From the IMG/VR virus record IMGVR_UViG_3300048091_000424: 64,000 nucleotides of DNA; one strand, given 5' to 3'. The first letter of the stretch is position 1; every line of letters starts with the position of its first letter. Made by a program: the position numbers and the translations under genes. The stretch comes from a virus. Lineage: Duplodnaviria; Heunggongvirae; Uroviricota; Caudoviricetes. Positions 46,656 to 56,415 of the stretch are shown in pieces. A model generated the notes under the pieces. That model worked only from the letters and a program-made list of their open reading frames with translations, did not search any database and was not told the DNA's origin.

Positions 46656-47918
46656 CTATAGCTCGGGTGCGCTAGGATCGAGTGTGGTTTTTCCGAACTC
46701 GACCCATTTGACTTTGGAGACACCTTTCAGCGCCACCTCATCATCCGGAAAACCATCAACCGCAGTTAGGCCGGACACCTCAAAAGGAAAGAGGCCAGCA
46801 CAAGGCGCCACGCCCTTATACGGGTCGTGCGGGTCTCGCCAGTAAACACCGGAGATGACCTCAGGGAATTTTTCCTTGGCCCATTCAATAATCGCAAATT
46901 CCACACCAATGATGTCGTGCGGACGAAAACCATGCCTGGCCAACAATTCAGAGGTACCCACCTGGATGCAGGCCTGCGACAGCGTTTTATCATCACCCTC
47001 CTCCATTTCGGCCTCAGCGTCCTCTCGGGTTTTGTAGCTGTAGCTTTGAACGCCATCCATCTCGTCGTCGTACCAACTGAGACTGAAAATCGTCCGAGGT
47101 TCCAGCAAACCCTGGGCAATCCCCCATTCGGTTATTTCTTGCTTCAGCGCTTCAGCAGTCGACGTCATGGGATCGAGGATCGAATACAAGTCTAGCAGCG
47201 TTGTGCTGTCTGCCTTGAGGTGGAGCTTCTTACCGCCGAATTTGGAGATACGCTGCCAAGCTTCAGGACAGGCAGACATGGAGAATAGATTCCCTTCGTA
47301 GCTTGTCCCTCGCTCGAACTTATGACTGGCGTCGAGGGATCCCCAGTGCCAGAGCGAAGCCACTTTGATTACTGGGATCTTAGATCCTCCGGGTATTGAA
47401 GCCACTGGAGAAGAAGACCCTGACGAGAGTGCCTGTCCAACTGAAATGAAGTTTTCCTGAATGAAGTCAGCAATGATCGAGAAGTCTTCAAGGGCGATCT
47501 CTGCAGACGATTCATCGCAGCCAGAGATGCCATACAACTCGTCCACTTCCATAAGCCTGGCACTGCATGGCTGACGTGTAATCCCGCTCCAGAACGCCAC
47601 CGCCGCCTCTATGGTGTGAACACCATTGGCATCAAGGATCAGTTGGGCTGCGCTGTTGTACAAGCCACTGTGCACCGGCATCCCAGCGTCATCGACAATG
47701 GCAATCACCGCTTCCTGGCTCAGCGCATCAGCCAGTCCGATGGTTAGGTCGTGGCACGAGCCATGCGCCAGCTCCATCACTGCGGACTCAATCGAGGCGT
47801 TTTTCTCGCTGTAAGTCTCGGAGAGCTTCGCGAAAGCTTGCGTGTCTTCGATGGGTAAATCGAACGCTTTCACCGCGCCGGCAAGAAACTTTTTGGCGAA
47901 ATCAATACCAGTACTCAT
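46656..47918 (-). CDS. hypothetical protein (about 420 aa)
   Basis: SD AAGAGG before ATG 47918. The track ORF extends to 47963. Confidence 0.55.
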   Translation of the reverse strand: MSTGIDFAKKFLAGAVKAFDLPIEDTQAFAKLSETYSEKNASIESAVMELAHGSCHDLTIGLADALSQEAVIAIVDDAGMPVHSGLYNSAAQLILDANGVHTIEAAVAFWSGITRQPCSARLMEVDELYGISGCDESSAEIALEDFSIIADFIQENFISVGQALSSGSSSPVASIPGGSKIPVIKVASLWHWGSLDASHKFERGTSYEGNLFSMSACPEAWQRISKFGGKKLHLKADSTTLLDLYSILDPMTSTAEALKQEITEWGIAQGLLEPRTIFSLSWYDDEMDGVQSYSYKTREDAEAEMEEGDDKTLSQACIQVGTSELLARHGFRPHDIIGVEFAIIEWAKEKFPEVISGVYWRDPHDPYKGVAPCAGLFPFEVSGLTAVDGFPDDEVALKGVSKVKWVEFGKTTLDPSAPEL

Positions 47919-48027
47919 TGCGGCCTCTTTCCACGGAAACTCAAGAAACGCCGGCAGAGCCACTGCCTGCCGGCCATTTCTCTATGGTAACGAAGGAGCT
48001 CAACGAATGGCGAACAGCATAAACCGC

Positions 48028-48252
48028 TCAGTTGAATCGAATGACTTCTCCCCTGGTCAACTGCCGATGAGATTCCAGGGCGCCAGCATCGCTGCGTTTG
48101 GGATTATCAGGCTGGTAGTGCCGGGCCTTCTCTGGATCGTTCGTCCAGCAGAACGAATGACCATAGCCAGTGGCGTACGAACTACCTTTCAGGTACTTGC
48201 CACGCTTCTTGATGGTGTACAACGGTGCTTTTCTGTCCATTGCGTTCGACAT
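48028..48252 (-). CDS. hypothetical small basic protein
   Basis: SD GGAG before the ATG at 48252. Confidence 0.4.
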   Translation of the reverse strand: MSNAMDRKAPLYTIKKRGKYLKGSSYATGYGHSFCWTNDPEKARHYQPDNPKRSDAGALESHRQLTRGEVIRFN

Positions 48253-48413
48253 GGTGGGCTCCAGATTATTTCGATCAAAAAGCAATATGGCTCAGGTTTG
48301 CCAGAATGCAAGAAATGGCGAAGTTCGCAGTCAATTATTTAACAATATTGCCGGCCTAGTCTTTGGCCGGAATATCAGGAACAACAGGGCAAGGGCCTTG
48401 GCACCCTACCCCG

Positions 48414-49820
48414 TTAACGCCCTGGCCCGAAGTCAGTTTCCGGCTGCTCCTTGAGAAAGCGACTAACCGCATCGCGACGAGCTGTCCTCACCGCCGTCTT
48501 GGCAGCCTCCAGAATCAACGCCTTATCCGGTGTCCGGTTCCTTGCAATGGCCCGTGCCTCTTCCTTCGCCATGGTGGCCTGCATGATCGGGCCTGGCTTG
48601 ACCGAACTCACCGCTTCCATGGCGCTCAGCAGGTAAGCTCCCTGCAGATACGTTTCTGGCCTTTTGGTCGAACCATCCTTTTGACGAATACGTCGGCCAA
48701 AGTTATCCGCTGCGCACATCGTCGCCACATCCCCTAAAAAGGCCTTGTCGTGGCGCTGAATTCGATCAAGGTCAAGGCGCTCATATAGCGCCTGAAGGCC
48801 CTGGCGACCTGCTGACGAAATGCGGTGTACTTCTTGATGGGTCAACGCACATTTGTGCACAAAGTACTGGATTTCAGACGGCATCTTGATGCGGGCGGCC
48901 AGCGTGTCAAGAAGCCCCTCAAAACGTTCTACATTTTCGTGCCCATGGTGATGGCCACGAACGGAGCCGTCCGCGTACCACAGCAAATCGGCTGGTGTCT
49001 TGATCTTGCCCAGGTCATGGAGCAAAGCAGCCATGCGAATCCGCAGAGAGCTCGCCGTTGAATGGCCCGTCGTTAGCTTGGCCGCTTCATCGAGAACCAT
49101 CTTGGTATGGATCCAGACATCACCCTCGGCGTGGTAATCATCCCGCTGTGGAACGCCCTTCATCTGCTCCAGTTCAGGGAACAGGACTTTCAGCGCCCCA
49201 CAGGCATCCAGCACATCAAAATAGACGTGTGGGTTGGGTGTCAGCATCGCCTTCTCGGTTTCTTTCCAAATCCGTTCTGGCTTGATGTTGGGCTTGCCGC
49301 TCGGCGTCGTTGGATTGAGCATCCCTTTGGACGTCATCTCAGTCATCAGAGACATGGTCTCTGGCGCCACAGAGAAGTCGTACCTTGCCGCGAAGCGGGC
49401 TACGCGCAGAATGCGCAACGGATCCTCAGCAAAGCTCGGGCCGACATGCCGCAGCGTGCGATTTTGAAGGTCTTGTTGGCCGCCGTAGGGATCGAACACC
49501 GTTCCGTCATCCAGCTCGGCCATGGCGTTGATGGTGCAATCCCGGCGCCCAAGATCTTGCTCCAGCGTGATGCCTTCCCACTTGTACTTGAAGTCGTTGT
49601 AACCATCACCGGTGCTGATTTCCGAGCGGCCAAGGGCGTACTCGTCGCCGGTTTCTGGGTGCAGAAAGACCGGGAAATCCCCGCCCACCTGGGTAAAGCC
49701 GCGACTCAACATTGACTCCGGTGATTCGCCGATCACCACATAGTCGATATCCGTGGGCTCAAGGCCAAGCAGCCTATCCCGGACACAACCCCCCACTCTG
49801 TAGCACTTCTCAAATGTCAT
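48414..49820 (-). CDS. cca: CCA tRNA nucleotidyltransferase with HD domain
   Basis: GGCVRDRLLG...DIDYVV N-terminal pol-beta motif and a C-terminal HD region. SD GGGAGGA before ATG 49820. Confidence 0.85.
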   Translation of the reverse strand: MTFEKCYRVGGCVRDRLLGLEPTDIDYVVIGESPESMLSRGFTQVGGDFPVFLHPETGDEYALGRSEISTGDGYNDFKYKWEGITLEQDLGRRDCTINAMAELDDGTVFDPYGGQQDLQNRTLRHVGPSFAEDPLRILRVARFAARYDFSVAPETMSLMTEMTSKGMLNPTTPSGKPNIKPERIWKETEKAMLTPNPHVYFDVLDACGALKVLFPELEQMKGVPQRDDYHAEGDVWIHTKMVLDEAAKLTTGHSTASSLRIRMAALLHDLGKIKTPADLLWYADGSVRGHHHGHENVERFEGLLDTLAARIKMPSEIQYFVHKCALTHQEVHRISSAGRQGLQALYERLDLDRIQRHDKAFLGDVATMCAADNFGRRIRQKDGSTKRPETYLQGAYLLSAMEAVSSVKPGPIMQATMAKEEARAIARNRTPDKALILEAAKTAVRTARRDAVSRFLKEQPETDFGPGR

Positions 49821-49930
49821 AGGCCTATATCCTCCCTGACGGGTACCAAGTGCGTGTGTCTTACGCACGCGCTCACATGTTAAATTCAAGTATGACTCAC
49901 GCCGCAACGGCAAAGAAGAGATTCTCGTGC

Positions 49931-51289
49931 ATGGACAACACCTTCCTCGGGCAATATTACCCAGCAGCCTCTGATCGTGAGCGCCGAGCCCTGGCCGAGA
50001 GGATCAGACACATCTCTGATGAAGATCGAGCCGCCCTGTTCAATGACCTGTCGAAAATGTCCGCTGATACCCTATTCTACTTCGTTGAGGGTATGACTCA
50101 GGCTCAGGCATTACCGCACCTGGTCACCATGGCTATCGAATCCAGGCCAACTTTAACGGGTTTCAACTACAACAACACCCTCTCCATGATCAACTTGGCG
50201 CTAAAAACCCCTTTCGACGAAAAATTCGACAAGGCCGCTGCCGTCTCGGGCGTTGCTAAGCTGATCAAAGGGTATGTGCACCGCACCAACATGAACCTCA
50301 TCGAAGGTATCTCAACGTCGCTGACGAAGGAATCGATAACCCTCTTGTCGGGTCATCACGAGATCGACGCGGCATTTGTTGAACACCTCGGGCGTGCATT
50401 AACTAAAAAACCAAGTTTCGCGCAGACCCAAAACATCATTTATGGCCTGCGTGATCTTGATATTCCACTCTCGTTCGCAACCTTCCTCGTTACGATCAAG
50501 GAGCCTGAGCAATACGCCATTCGTTCGAACCTCTTAAACGACTTTTACCACGGCAATGCCTTGACGCCCGCCTACATCAAAACCATTCGTGCCGAGTTGG
50601 GCGATGACGTTCTGATTAACCTGGCCAGGTTGAACATTAACGAAAAGAAAGCCGGCCTCACATCCTTCAACTGGATAGTGAGTGAATTGACAGAAGCGGT
50701 TGTGATCAACCAGGCCACCCTGGATCAGCAGCTTGCAGCTTCTATCAAGGCGAAAAAGGCCTGTGATTTTTTCAGCGACATTCTGGCGGGAACCAAAGGC
50801 TCTGGGATCTACGAACAATCTGCCACGTTTGTGTTGAACAACCTGGCTACCCTCATCAAGCACGAAAAACTGGCACCGAGTGAATCTTTTGCCTACTTTG
50901 CCAGGGATTCAAAACGGGGCCAGGAGCTGGTAAGCGTTTACCTGGACAAAATAGCGTCCATGATTTCGGGGCTGGATGATTTCCGCGATGTGAACCCTGA
51001 GCATCGCTTCGACGCTAAGGCCAATACCCAAGGCGCGGTGTTGAGCGAGGTGTTCAACATTCGCTATGAGCTGCCTGAAGCTCGGGACATCAAAACCTGG
51101 CGCAACGCAACCATCCGGGCTATCACCACCACTGGTGTGCTGGAGTTTGCCGAGAGCCTAGCCGACATCCATGAACCAGCTGCGATGGCGATCTACAAGG
51201 ACATGGGCACCGTAGCGAACCGAGATGAAATCCTGAAGAAGTTCATGAAGATTCGCCAGGTCGCGTTCTGTTCCGACTTAGGTATGTGA
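49931..51289 (+). CDS. DLGL-tail family protein (ends DLGM); tandem paralog A
   Basis: Ends ...RQVAFCSDLGM*. Aligns from MDNTFLG with the next gene's MQNTFLG. The track ORF starts at 49850. Confidence 0.7.
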   Translation: MDNTFLGQYYPAASDRERRALAERIRHISDEDRAALFNDLSKMSADTLFYFVEGMTQAQALPHLVTMAIESRPTLTGFNYNNTLSMINLALKTPFDEKFDKAAAVSGVAKLIKGYVHRTNMNLIEGISTSLTKESITLLSGHHEIDAAFVEHLGRALTKKPSFAQTQNIIYGLRDLDIPLSFATFLVTIKEPEQYAIRSNLLNDFYHGNALTPAYIKTIRAELGDDVLINLARLNINEKKAGLTSFNWIVSELTEAVVINQATLDQQLAASIKAKKACDFFSDILAGTKGSGIYEQSATFVLNNLATLIKHEKLAPSESFAYFARDSKRGQELVSVYLDKIASMISGLDDFRDVNPEHRFDAKANTQGAVLSEVFNIRYELPEARDIKTWRNATIRAITTTGVLEFAESLADIHEPAAMAIYKDMGTVANRDEILKKFMKIRQVAFCSDLGM

Positions 51290-51320
51290 AACATCCCCCA
51301 ACCACGAAAGAGACGTAAGC

Positions 51321-52667
51321 ATGCAGAACACCTTCCTCGGGGAAAATTTCACTCTCCCAGCATTTTCAGAAAAGGCGCTGCTGGGAGAAAGAATCAAGAA
51401 TATGACCGCCGAAGAGCGGACTTACCTTGAAAATGACCTGGCGGCCATGAGTGCTGAAGCTGTGTATCACATCGTCTCCCAAATGGCTGTCGCCACCCGT
51501 CTGCCAAATCTGGCCAGTGCGGCTGTAGCCTCTCGCCCTGTGCCCACGGGTTTTTGCTTTAATCACACCTTGTCGATGCTCAATTACGTCCTGGTCAATC
51601 AGGATGAAGAGGAGTTTGACGCCGACCAAGCGCTCCTCGACGCCGCTAGCCTGATCAAAGGCTATCAGCACCGGACGAACATGAACCTGCTGGAAGAAGT
51701 TTCATCCCAGGTGACCAAAAAGTCGAAGGCGTTGATGGCCGGGAACGCAGGCATCGACGAAGCCTTTGTCGAACACCTTGGCCGAGCGCTGGAGAAAAGG
51801 TTAGTTTTCAGCAAAGCGGAAGGCATGATCGCCGGCCTATGTGAACTAAACCTTCCCCAGTCACTTAAATGCGTACTGGCTGCCTTCAAGGCGTCAGAGC
51901 ATGTGCACCTCCTCCATACAACACTCCAGGATTTGTACACAAAGGACGCGCTCAACCCGGCTTACATCGAAGTGGTGAGGTCTGTGTTGGGCGACCAGAG
52001 CTTGATCAGCCTGGCCAGGACGCACCTGAATGACAACTCTGGGCAGAAGTCTTTTGTTTGGCTACTGGAAGCATTTTCAGAGAAGACACTGCTCGATCAC
52101 CTTACCCTGGGTGATCATCTGGAATATTCGATCAAACTGAAGAAGCCCTGTTTCTTCTTCAACAGCATTCTGAGAGGGAACAAAGAGCTAGGTCTTCTCC
52201 AGAATACTGGGAACTTTGTGTTGGACAACCTCGCGGTTTTGGTCGCGAGCGAAGCATTTCCGCCTAGCGATAAGCTGGTCGAGTTTGCCATCGAGCAAGG
52301 ACGCGGCGCCGAATTGGTTAGTCTGTATCTGGACAATATTCGGGCACAGATCACTCGTATGGAGGATCGTGTTCACGCCGAAGATCGTTTCGATTCGATA
52401 GGCGCCACACCGGGCCAGGTGTTGAATGAAGTCCTCAAGAATCGCTATAGCATTGAGGCTCCGGAGATTACCCGGTGGCGTGATGCGACCATCCGAGCCG
52501 TCATCAAAATTGGCGTGCTGGAGTTTCAGACGGTACTGGCTGACATGAACGAGGAGCTGGCCACCACCCTTCACAAGCAAATTGGTAATGCGCCGAACCG
52601 TATGGAAATTCTGGAGAAGTGCCTCAAGATTCGGCAGGTCGCGTTCAGCCACGACCTGGGCTTGTAG
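51321..52667 (+). CDS. DLGL-tail family protein; tandem paralog B
   Basis: Ends ...RQVAFSHDLGL*. Confidence 0.75.
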   Translation: MQNTFLGENFTLPAFSEKALLGERIKNMTAEERTYLENDLAAMSAEAVYHIVSQMAVATRLPNLASAAVASRPVPTGFCFNHTLSMLNYVLVNQDEEEFDADQALLDAASLIKGYQHRTNMNLLEEVSSQVTKKSKALMAGNAGIDEAFVEHLGRALEKRLVFSKAEGMIAGLCELNLPQSLKCVLAAFKASEHVHLLHTTLQDLYTKDALNPAYIEVVRSVLGDQSLISLARTHLNDNSGQKSFVWLLEAFSEKTLLDHLTLGDHLEYSIKLKKPCFFFNSILRGNKELGLLQNTGNFVLDNLAVLVASEAFPPSDKLVEFAIEQGRGAELVSLYLDNIRAQITRMEDRVHAEDRFDSIGATPGQVLNEVLKNRYSIEAPEITRWRDATIRAVIKIGVLEFQTVLADMNEELATTLHKQIGNAPNRMEILEKCLKIRQVAFSHDLGL

Positions 52668-52681
52668 CGAGTCGCTGGCAG

Positions 52682-53236
52682 TTACGCGCCCTGCTCAGCT
52701 GCCCGTCGCTCATCCCCTTCTCGTAGCCATTGCGCTACCGTCTCAGGGTCTTCAAGACGCATGAAGACTTTTACGTTGACCGAAGCGATGGTTTCCTTCC
52801 TGCCGAGCAGCACGTCGATAAACCATTGGCCTTTTTCGCCGTGCTTGGCCACATAGGCGGCTTCGATATCTTCAGGTACGGTCACCACCAGCCCTTCCTT
52901 TCGAGCGAACGCGAGGTTGGGATACATCGGCTCCAAGTCTTCCAAGACTCGGATGGCAACCTTCTCAAAATCACCCAGCCGCTTCCAGACTTTTACGATC
53001 ACCGATAAGTTGGCATCCTTTCTGCCGAGCAACACGTCGATGAACCCCTGGGCCTTCTCGCCGTGCTTGGCCACATATTCGGCTTCGATGTGTTCCGGCA
53101 CGGTCACCACAAGCCCTGCCACGCGAATATAGGCAAGGTTGGAAGACATGGGCGACAAGGCCTCCAACACATGGAGGGAGACCTGGGTTTCTACCGATGG
53201 AAGCTCGTCAACGCGCTGTGCAGGTACCGTATGCAT
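52682..53236 (-). CDS. hypothetical protein with an internal tandem duplication of an approximately 75-aa domain
   Basis: VAGLVVTVPEHIEAEYVAKHGEKAQGFIDVLLGRKDANLSVIVKVWKRL is repeated as EGLVVTVPEDIEAAYVAKHGEKGQWFIDVLLGRKETIASVNVKVFMRL. Confidence 0.55.
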   Translation of the reverse strand: MHTVPAQRVDELPSVETQVSLHVLEALSPMSSNLAYIRVAGLVVTVPEHIEAEYVAKHGEKAQGFIDVLLGRKDANLSVIVKVWKRLGDFEKVAIRVLEDLEPMYPNLAFARKEGLVVTVPEDIEAAYVAKHGEKGQWFIDVLLGRKETIASVNVKVFMRLEDPETVAQWLREGDERRAAEQGA

Positions 53237-53277
53237 GGGGCTCTCGAATAGTCAGTGAATGTCATTGGTGATCCGGT

Positions 53278-53712
53278 CTACAACGAAAAATCCGGATGTT
53301 CCATCTTCAGGTAAACGCTTTCGTCTATTTTTTTAACCCTGTCTTCAAGCTGCTCAAGCGTAAGAATCTCCCCCAACGGTGGGCGCATCCCCCATTTCTT
53401 GGTTTTGTGGCTGAAGCCAATGGCCGCGTAGAAGTCCCACAGCGATGCCTGAAGAAAATGGGGATCGTCGCGCCAGTCATACACGTAGTCTTCACGCTTT
53501 TTCCGCTCCGCTTCCATACGGGCAACCAGGCGTAGCGGCTCGAAAATAACTGACAGGTCTTCCGTAAAGTCACGACTGCCAAACCAACCGATACTGGTCA
53601 AGGCTCGGTAATCACTGCGATTTGGATCGGCCTCAAGCGGAAAACGATGGATCTCAAGTCCTTCGCCGATTAAGACCGTGGCCTGATACCAGTTAAATTG
53701 GCCTTTGCGCAT
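53278..53712 (-). CDS. hypothetical protein (144 aa)
   Basis: Clean ORF. Confidence 0.5.
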   Translation of the reverse strand: MRKGQFNWYQATVLIGEGLEIHRFPLEADPNRSDYRALTSIGWFGSRDFTEDLSVIFEPLRLVARMEAERKKREDYVYDWRDDPHFLQASLWDFYAAIGFSHKTKKWGMRPPLGEILTLEQLEDRVKKIDESVYLKMEHPDFSL

Positions 53713-53722
53713 TCAACTCCCC

Positions 53723-54757
53723 TCAACGCTTTTCGAGCAACGCCCGCATCGCCACTCCAAGGTCGCAGAACTGCCCCTTGGCGCTCTCCGTACGGCCCTT
53801 AGCCCAGGCGTCAAAGACAAACGCTTCACGGTGGTAGTCTTCCAGCATACGCATGTCCCCAGAAAGCCCATAGCTCAGGCGGGATTGCTCAGCACGCTCT
53901 CCAATCTCCACCTGGTGCCGGCGTAGCGGAGTTCCGAACAGCGGCAGACCCAGCTCAATGGCCTTGGATGACCACAACATGTCGTATTGGGTGATGATCA
54001 GTGGTGCAGCCTCGGCAATCGACTCAATGCTGTACCCATCGGTGAAGGCTTCCTCAGGGGAAATCATGACAAACCCATCACCCCACAGCGACTGCCCCTT
54101 TTCCATCAGCTCAGGGGTGTTCACATGCCGGGTGTCCCAGATCGCCAGCACCTGACCTTTGAAGTCCTTCTTGCCGACGCCCGCCAAATCCGGAGCAACT
54201 CGCAGGATCAACCCGGTACGATCACGGTCGAGGCTTTTGGCTGCAAAAACGACGCCGGGCTTGTCGATGAGCTGACCCGCAGTTCTCCCTGTGATGTTGT
54301 GTAGCCAATGCTCCAGCTCTGGGAATGAGGACTCCTTCGGCCAGTCTTTCACATCAGCAATCAATTGACTGTCACCGACCTGAATCACTCTGATGTTTTC
54401 CAGGACAGCCACCAGCATGGCGCTGTGGGCGCCGGAGGCCACAATGGCATCAGGCTTGAGTTTGCGCAGGAGTACAGACCAGGATTGATAAATGGTCTGC
54501 CGAAGGGTCGGATCCGTCCAGCCAGCGTTGTGCAGGTGGCGCCAAGGGCCTTCTGCGACGTGATTGGTTTGGATCTTGACCGTTACGGTTGAATAGACCT
54601 TGTCAACCCAGGTCAGGTCGACATCCGGGAGGTTGTTGTTAGTCGCCAGGATGATTCTGACGCCTTCGAACTGAGCCCTCAGCGCCTGCGCACAACACTT
54701 AAGCTGGTGCAGGGATTGCTGAGCAGGGCCCTGTTCGTAGATGAACAATACACGCAT
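53723..54757 (-). CDS. hypothetical protein; Rossmann-like alpha/beta fold; any glycosyltransferase assignment is tentative
   Basis: 344-aa ORF with alternating hydrophobic and GxG segments. No confident motif. Confidence 0.45.
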   Translation of the reverse strand: MRVLFIYEQGPAQQSLHQLKCCAQALRAQFEGVRIILATNNNLPDVDLTWVDKVYSTVTVKIQTNHVAEGPWRHLHNAGWTDPTLRQTIYQSWSVLLRKLKPDAIVASGAHSAMLVAVLENIRVIQVGDSQLIADVKDWPKESSFPELEHWLHNITGRTAGQLIDKPGVVFAAKSLDRDRTGLILRVAPDLAGVGKKDFKGQVLAIWDTRHVNTPELMEKGQSLWGDGFVMISPEEAFTDGYSIESIAEAAPLIITQYDMLWSSKAIELGLPLFGTPLRRHQVEIGERAEQSRLSYGLSGDMRMLEDYHREAFVFDAWAKGRTESAKGQFCDLGVAMRALLEKR

Positions 54758-54841
54758 GATCCAACCTCTTAGTCTGTTGCCATCATACGCGATAAATTGA
54801 CAGGTTAACCAGGTTGCGAGTTAACCGTGTTGCTTTGCCTT

Positions 54842-55252
54842 TTAAGCTGTGCGCCGCTCACTGGTTTTAGGAATGTCCTTCAACGGATATTTCTCGGACA
54901 ACACCGCTGGAGCGAGACTCAACAACTTAAGGATCGTATGCAGGCTCTTGTAGTCCCAGACCAGGTTGACATCATGGTTGGGGGTTTCCATGCAGGTTAC
55001 GCCTACCATTGCAGCCGACTCTTGGGCCGTTCCAGCGTTCTCAAGCATCAATAGAGTGCTGAATTTCGCTTTCAGATCCTTGTGCAGCATCTTGGCCATG
55101 TCGACTGACAAGTTCGCCGCCGTCACGTCATGAACCTGCTTGTAAGGGTTTTCCACTTTGATGACAGCAATCGGGCCATTTGCCGTGGGTACCGGCCACA
55201 ACAACGTCGCCGTAACGCCGACCTTAGTAGGCACACGATATTCTTTGGTCAT
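54842..55252 (-). CDS. hypothetical protein
   Basis: Start MTKEYRVP. The track ORF extends to 55390 and overlaps the upstream gene. Confidence 0.45.
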   Translation of the reverse strand: MTKEYRVPTKVGVTATLLWPVPTANGPIAVIKVENPYKQVHDVTAANLSVDMAKMLHKDLKAKFSTLLMLENAGTAQESAAMVGVTCMETPNHDVNLVWDYKSLHTILKLLSLAPAVLSEKYPLKDIPKTSERRTA

Positions 55253-55338
55253 GGCAATAGCGATCCTGAATAATTGAGAGTTACATGCATACACAGACAC
55301 GAGCAAAAACGAACCAGGCCCCTTCGGGGAAGGATCGA

Positions 55339-56277
55339 CTAGTTGAAGTATACGGGGTACCAGACCTGCCGGCCATAGTCGAAATTCCACTTCTGCCTTA
55401 ATTCAACCGTGTCTGCAGCATTTATATACGAAGGGCCCGTGGCGTCGACTATCAAGTAGCGTTTTCCGTCTTTGATGTAGGCCAATTCGTCAGGAACTTC
55501 AGGCATTTCTACCGCCGAGACGATGTGTTCTTTGTCCGGCAAAAGCACCAAAAATACCGAGCGGTTCGGATACATCTTTTTTAACAAACCGGCCATGTAG
55601 ACCTGTTTGCTCTCGCAATCCCCTTGCTTCTCCACCAGCATTCGGATGGGCGTCAGCATGCCAAACTCGTTGTTCTGAAGGGCGTCGTAAGGGATCGACT
55701 GGAGAAAATTGAGCCGGTCGTTGATCATCTGCGATTGCGTTTTACCGGGGTCTCGCCGCTGAAAGAACTGATGGGTGACACCTATGATGTCGGCATAGTC
55801 GAGGATGATGTCCTCGTAGTTGATGATCAGCTCTTTCAGCTCCTGGTCATAACGGTAGTAGGTGATCGGGCGCAGCTCGTCGAACGCGCCATCGATGTAA
55901 GCTTTGACCTTGAGATAGGCCTCCTTGGCCATGGCTTCACTGCCCTCCCTGTAGGTGTAACTGATCTCGTAGGATTCGCCAAAGGTTCTGAGACTCACTT
56001 GCACATCAGCCGAAGAGAGTTGCTGGGACAGGATCTTGGCTTCGTCCATGACCTTATCTCGCAATTGTTCATGGCCATACATGTCTCGGCCAGCTGTCAT
56101 GGCTATGCGCATCCTGGACTCACCGATAGTAAGGCCAAAATGCTGCGTCTCCCCCGCCTCGTCTTTCCACCAGTGCTCTAGGTAGTAAGGCTCTGCCTGA
56201 CTGTGGCCAGCGAAGACCAAGTTGATTACTAGGGGCAAAAGGAGTTTCGTGAAGTGTCGGCGCATGATAATAGACAA
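55339..56277 (-). CDS. secreted hypothetical protein; possible transglutaminase-like Cys/His/Asp core
   Basis: Signal peptide LLLPLVINLVFAGHSQA. QGDCESKQVYMAGLL, then KEHIVSAV, then LIVDAT, suggests a C-H-D triad. This is weak. Confidence 0.45.
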   Translation of the reverse strand: MSIIMRRHFTKLLLPLVINLVFAGHSQAEPYYLEHWWKDEAGETQHFGLTIGESRMRIAMTAGRDMYGHEQLRDKVMDEAKILSQQLSSADVQVSLRTFGESYEISYTYREGSEAMAKEAYLKVKAYIDGAFDELRPITYYRYDQELKELIINYEDIILDYADIIGVTHQFFQRRDPGKTQSQMINDRLNFLQSIPYDALQNNEFGMLTPIRMLVEKQGDCESKQVYMAGLLKKMYPNRSVFLVLLPDKEHIVSAVEMPEVPDELAYIKDGKRYLIVDATGPSYINAADTVELRQKWNFDYGRQVWYPVYFN

Positions 56278-56415
56278 CGATCTAATATTGGGCGTGTTCG
56301 CCAGATACTTAGATTATCTCAATACGAGACTGACAATACACATGAATTGTTAGTTTGCTCGGTGGATAAAAACCCCGGCCAGGCCGGGTTTCGTAGTTTT
56401 TAACCGGTCAGACGG

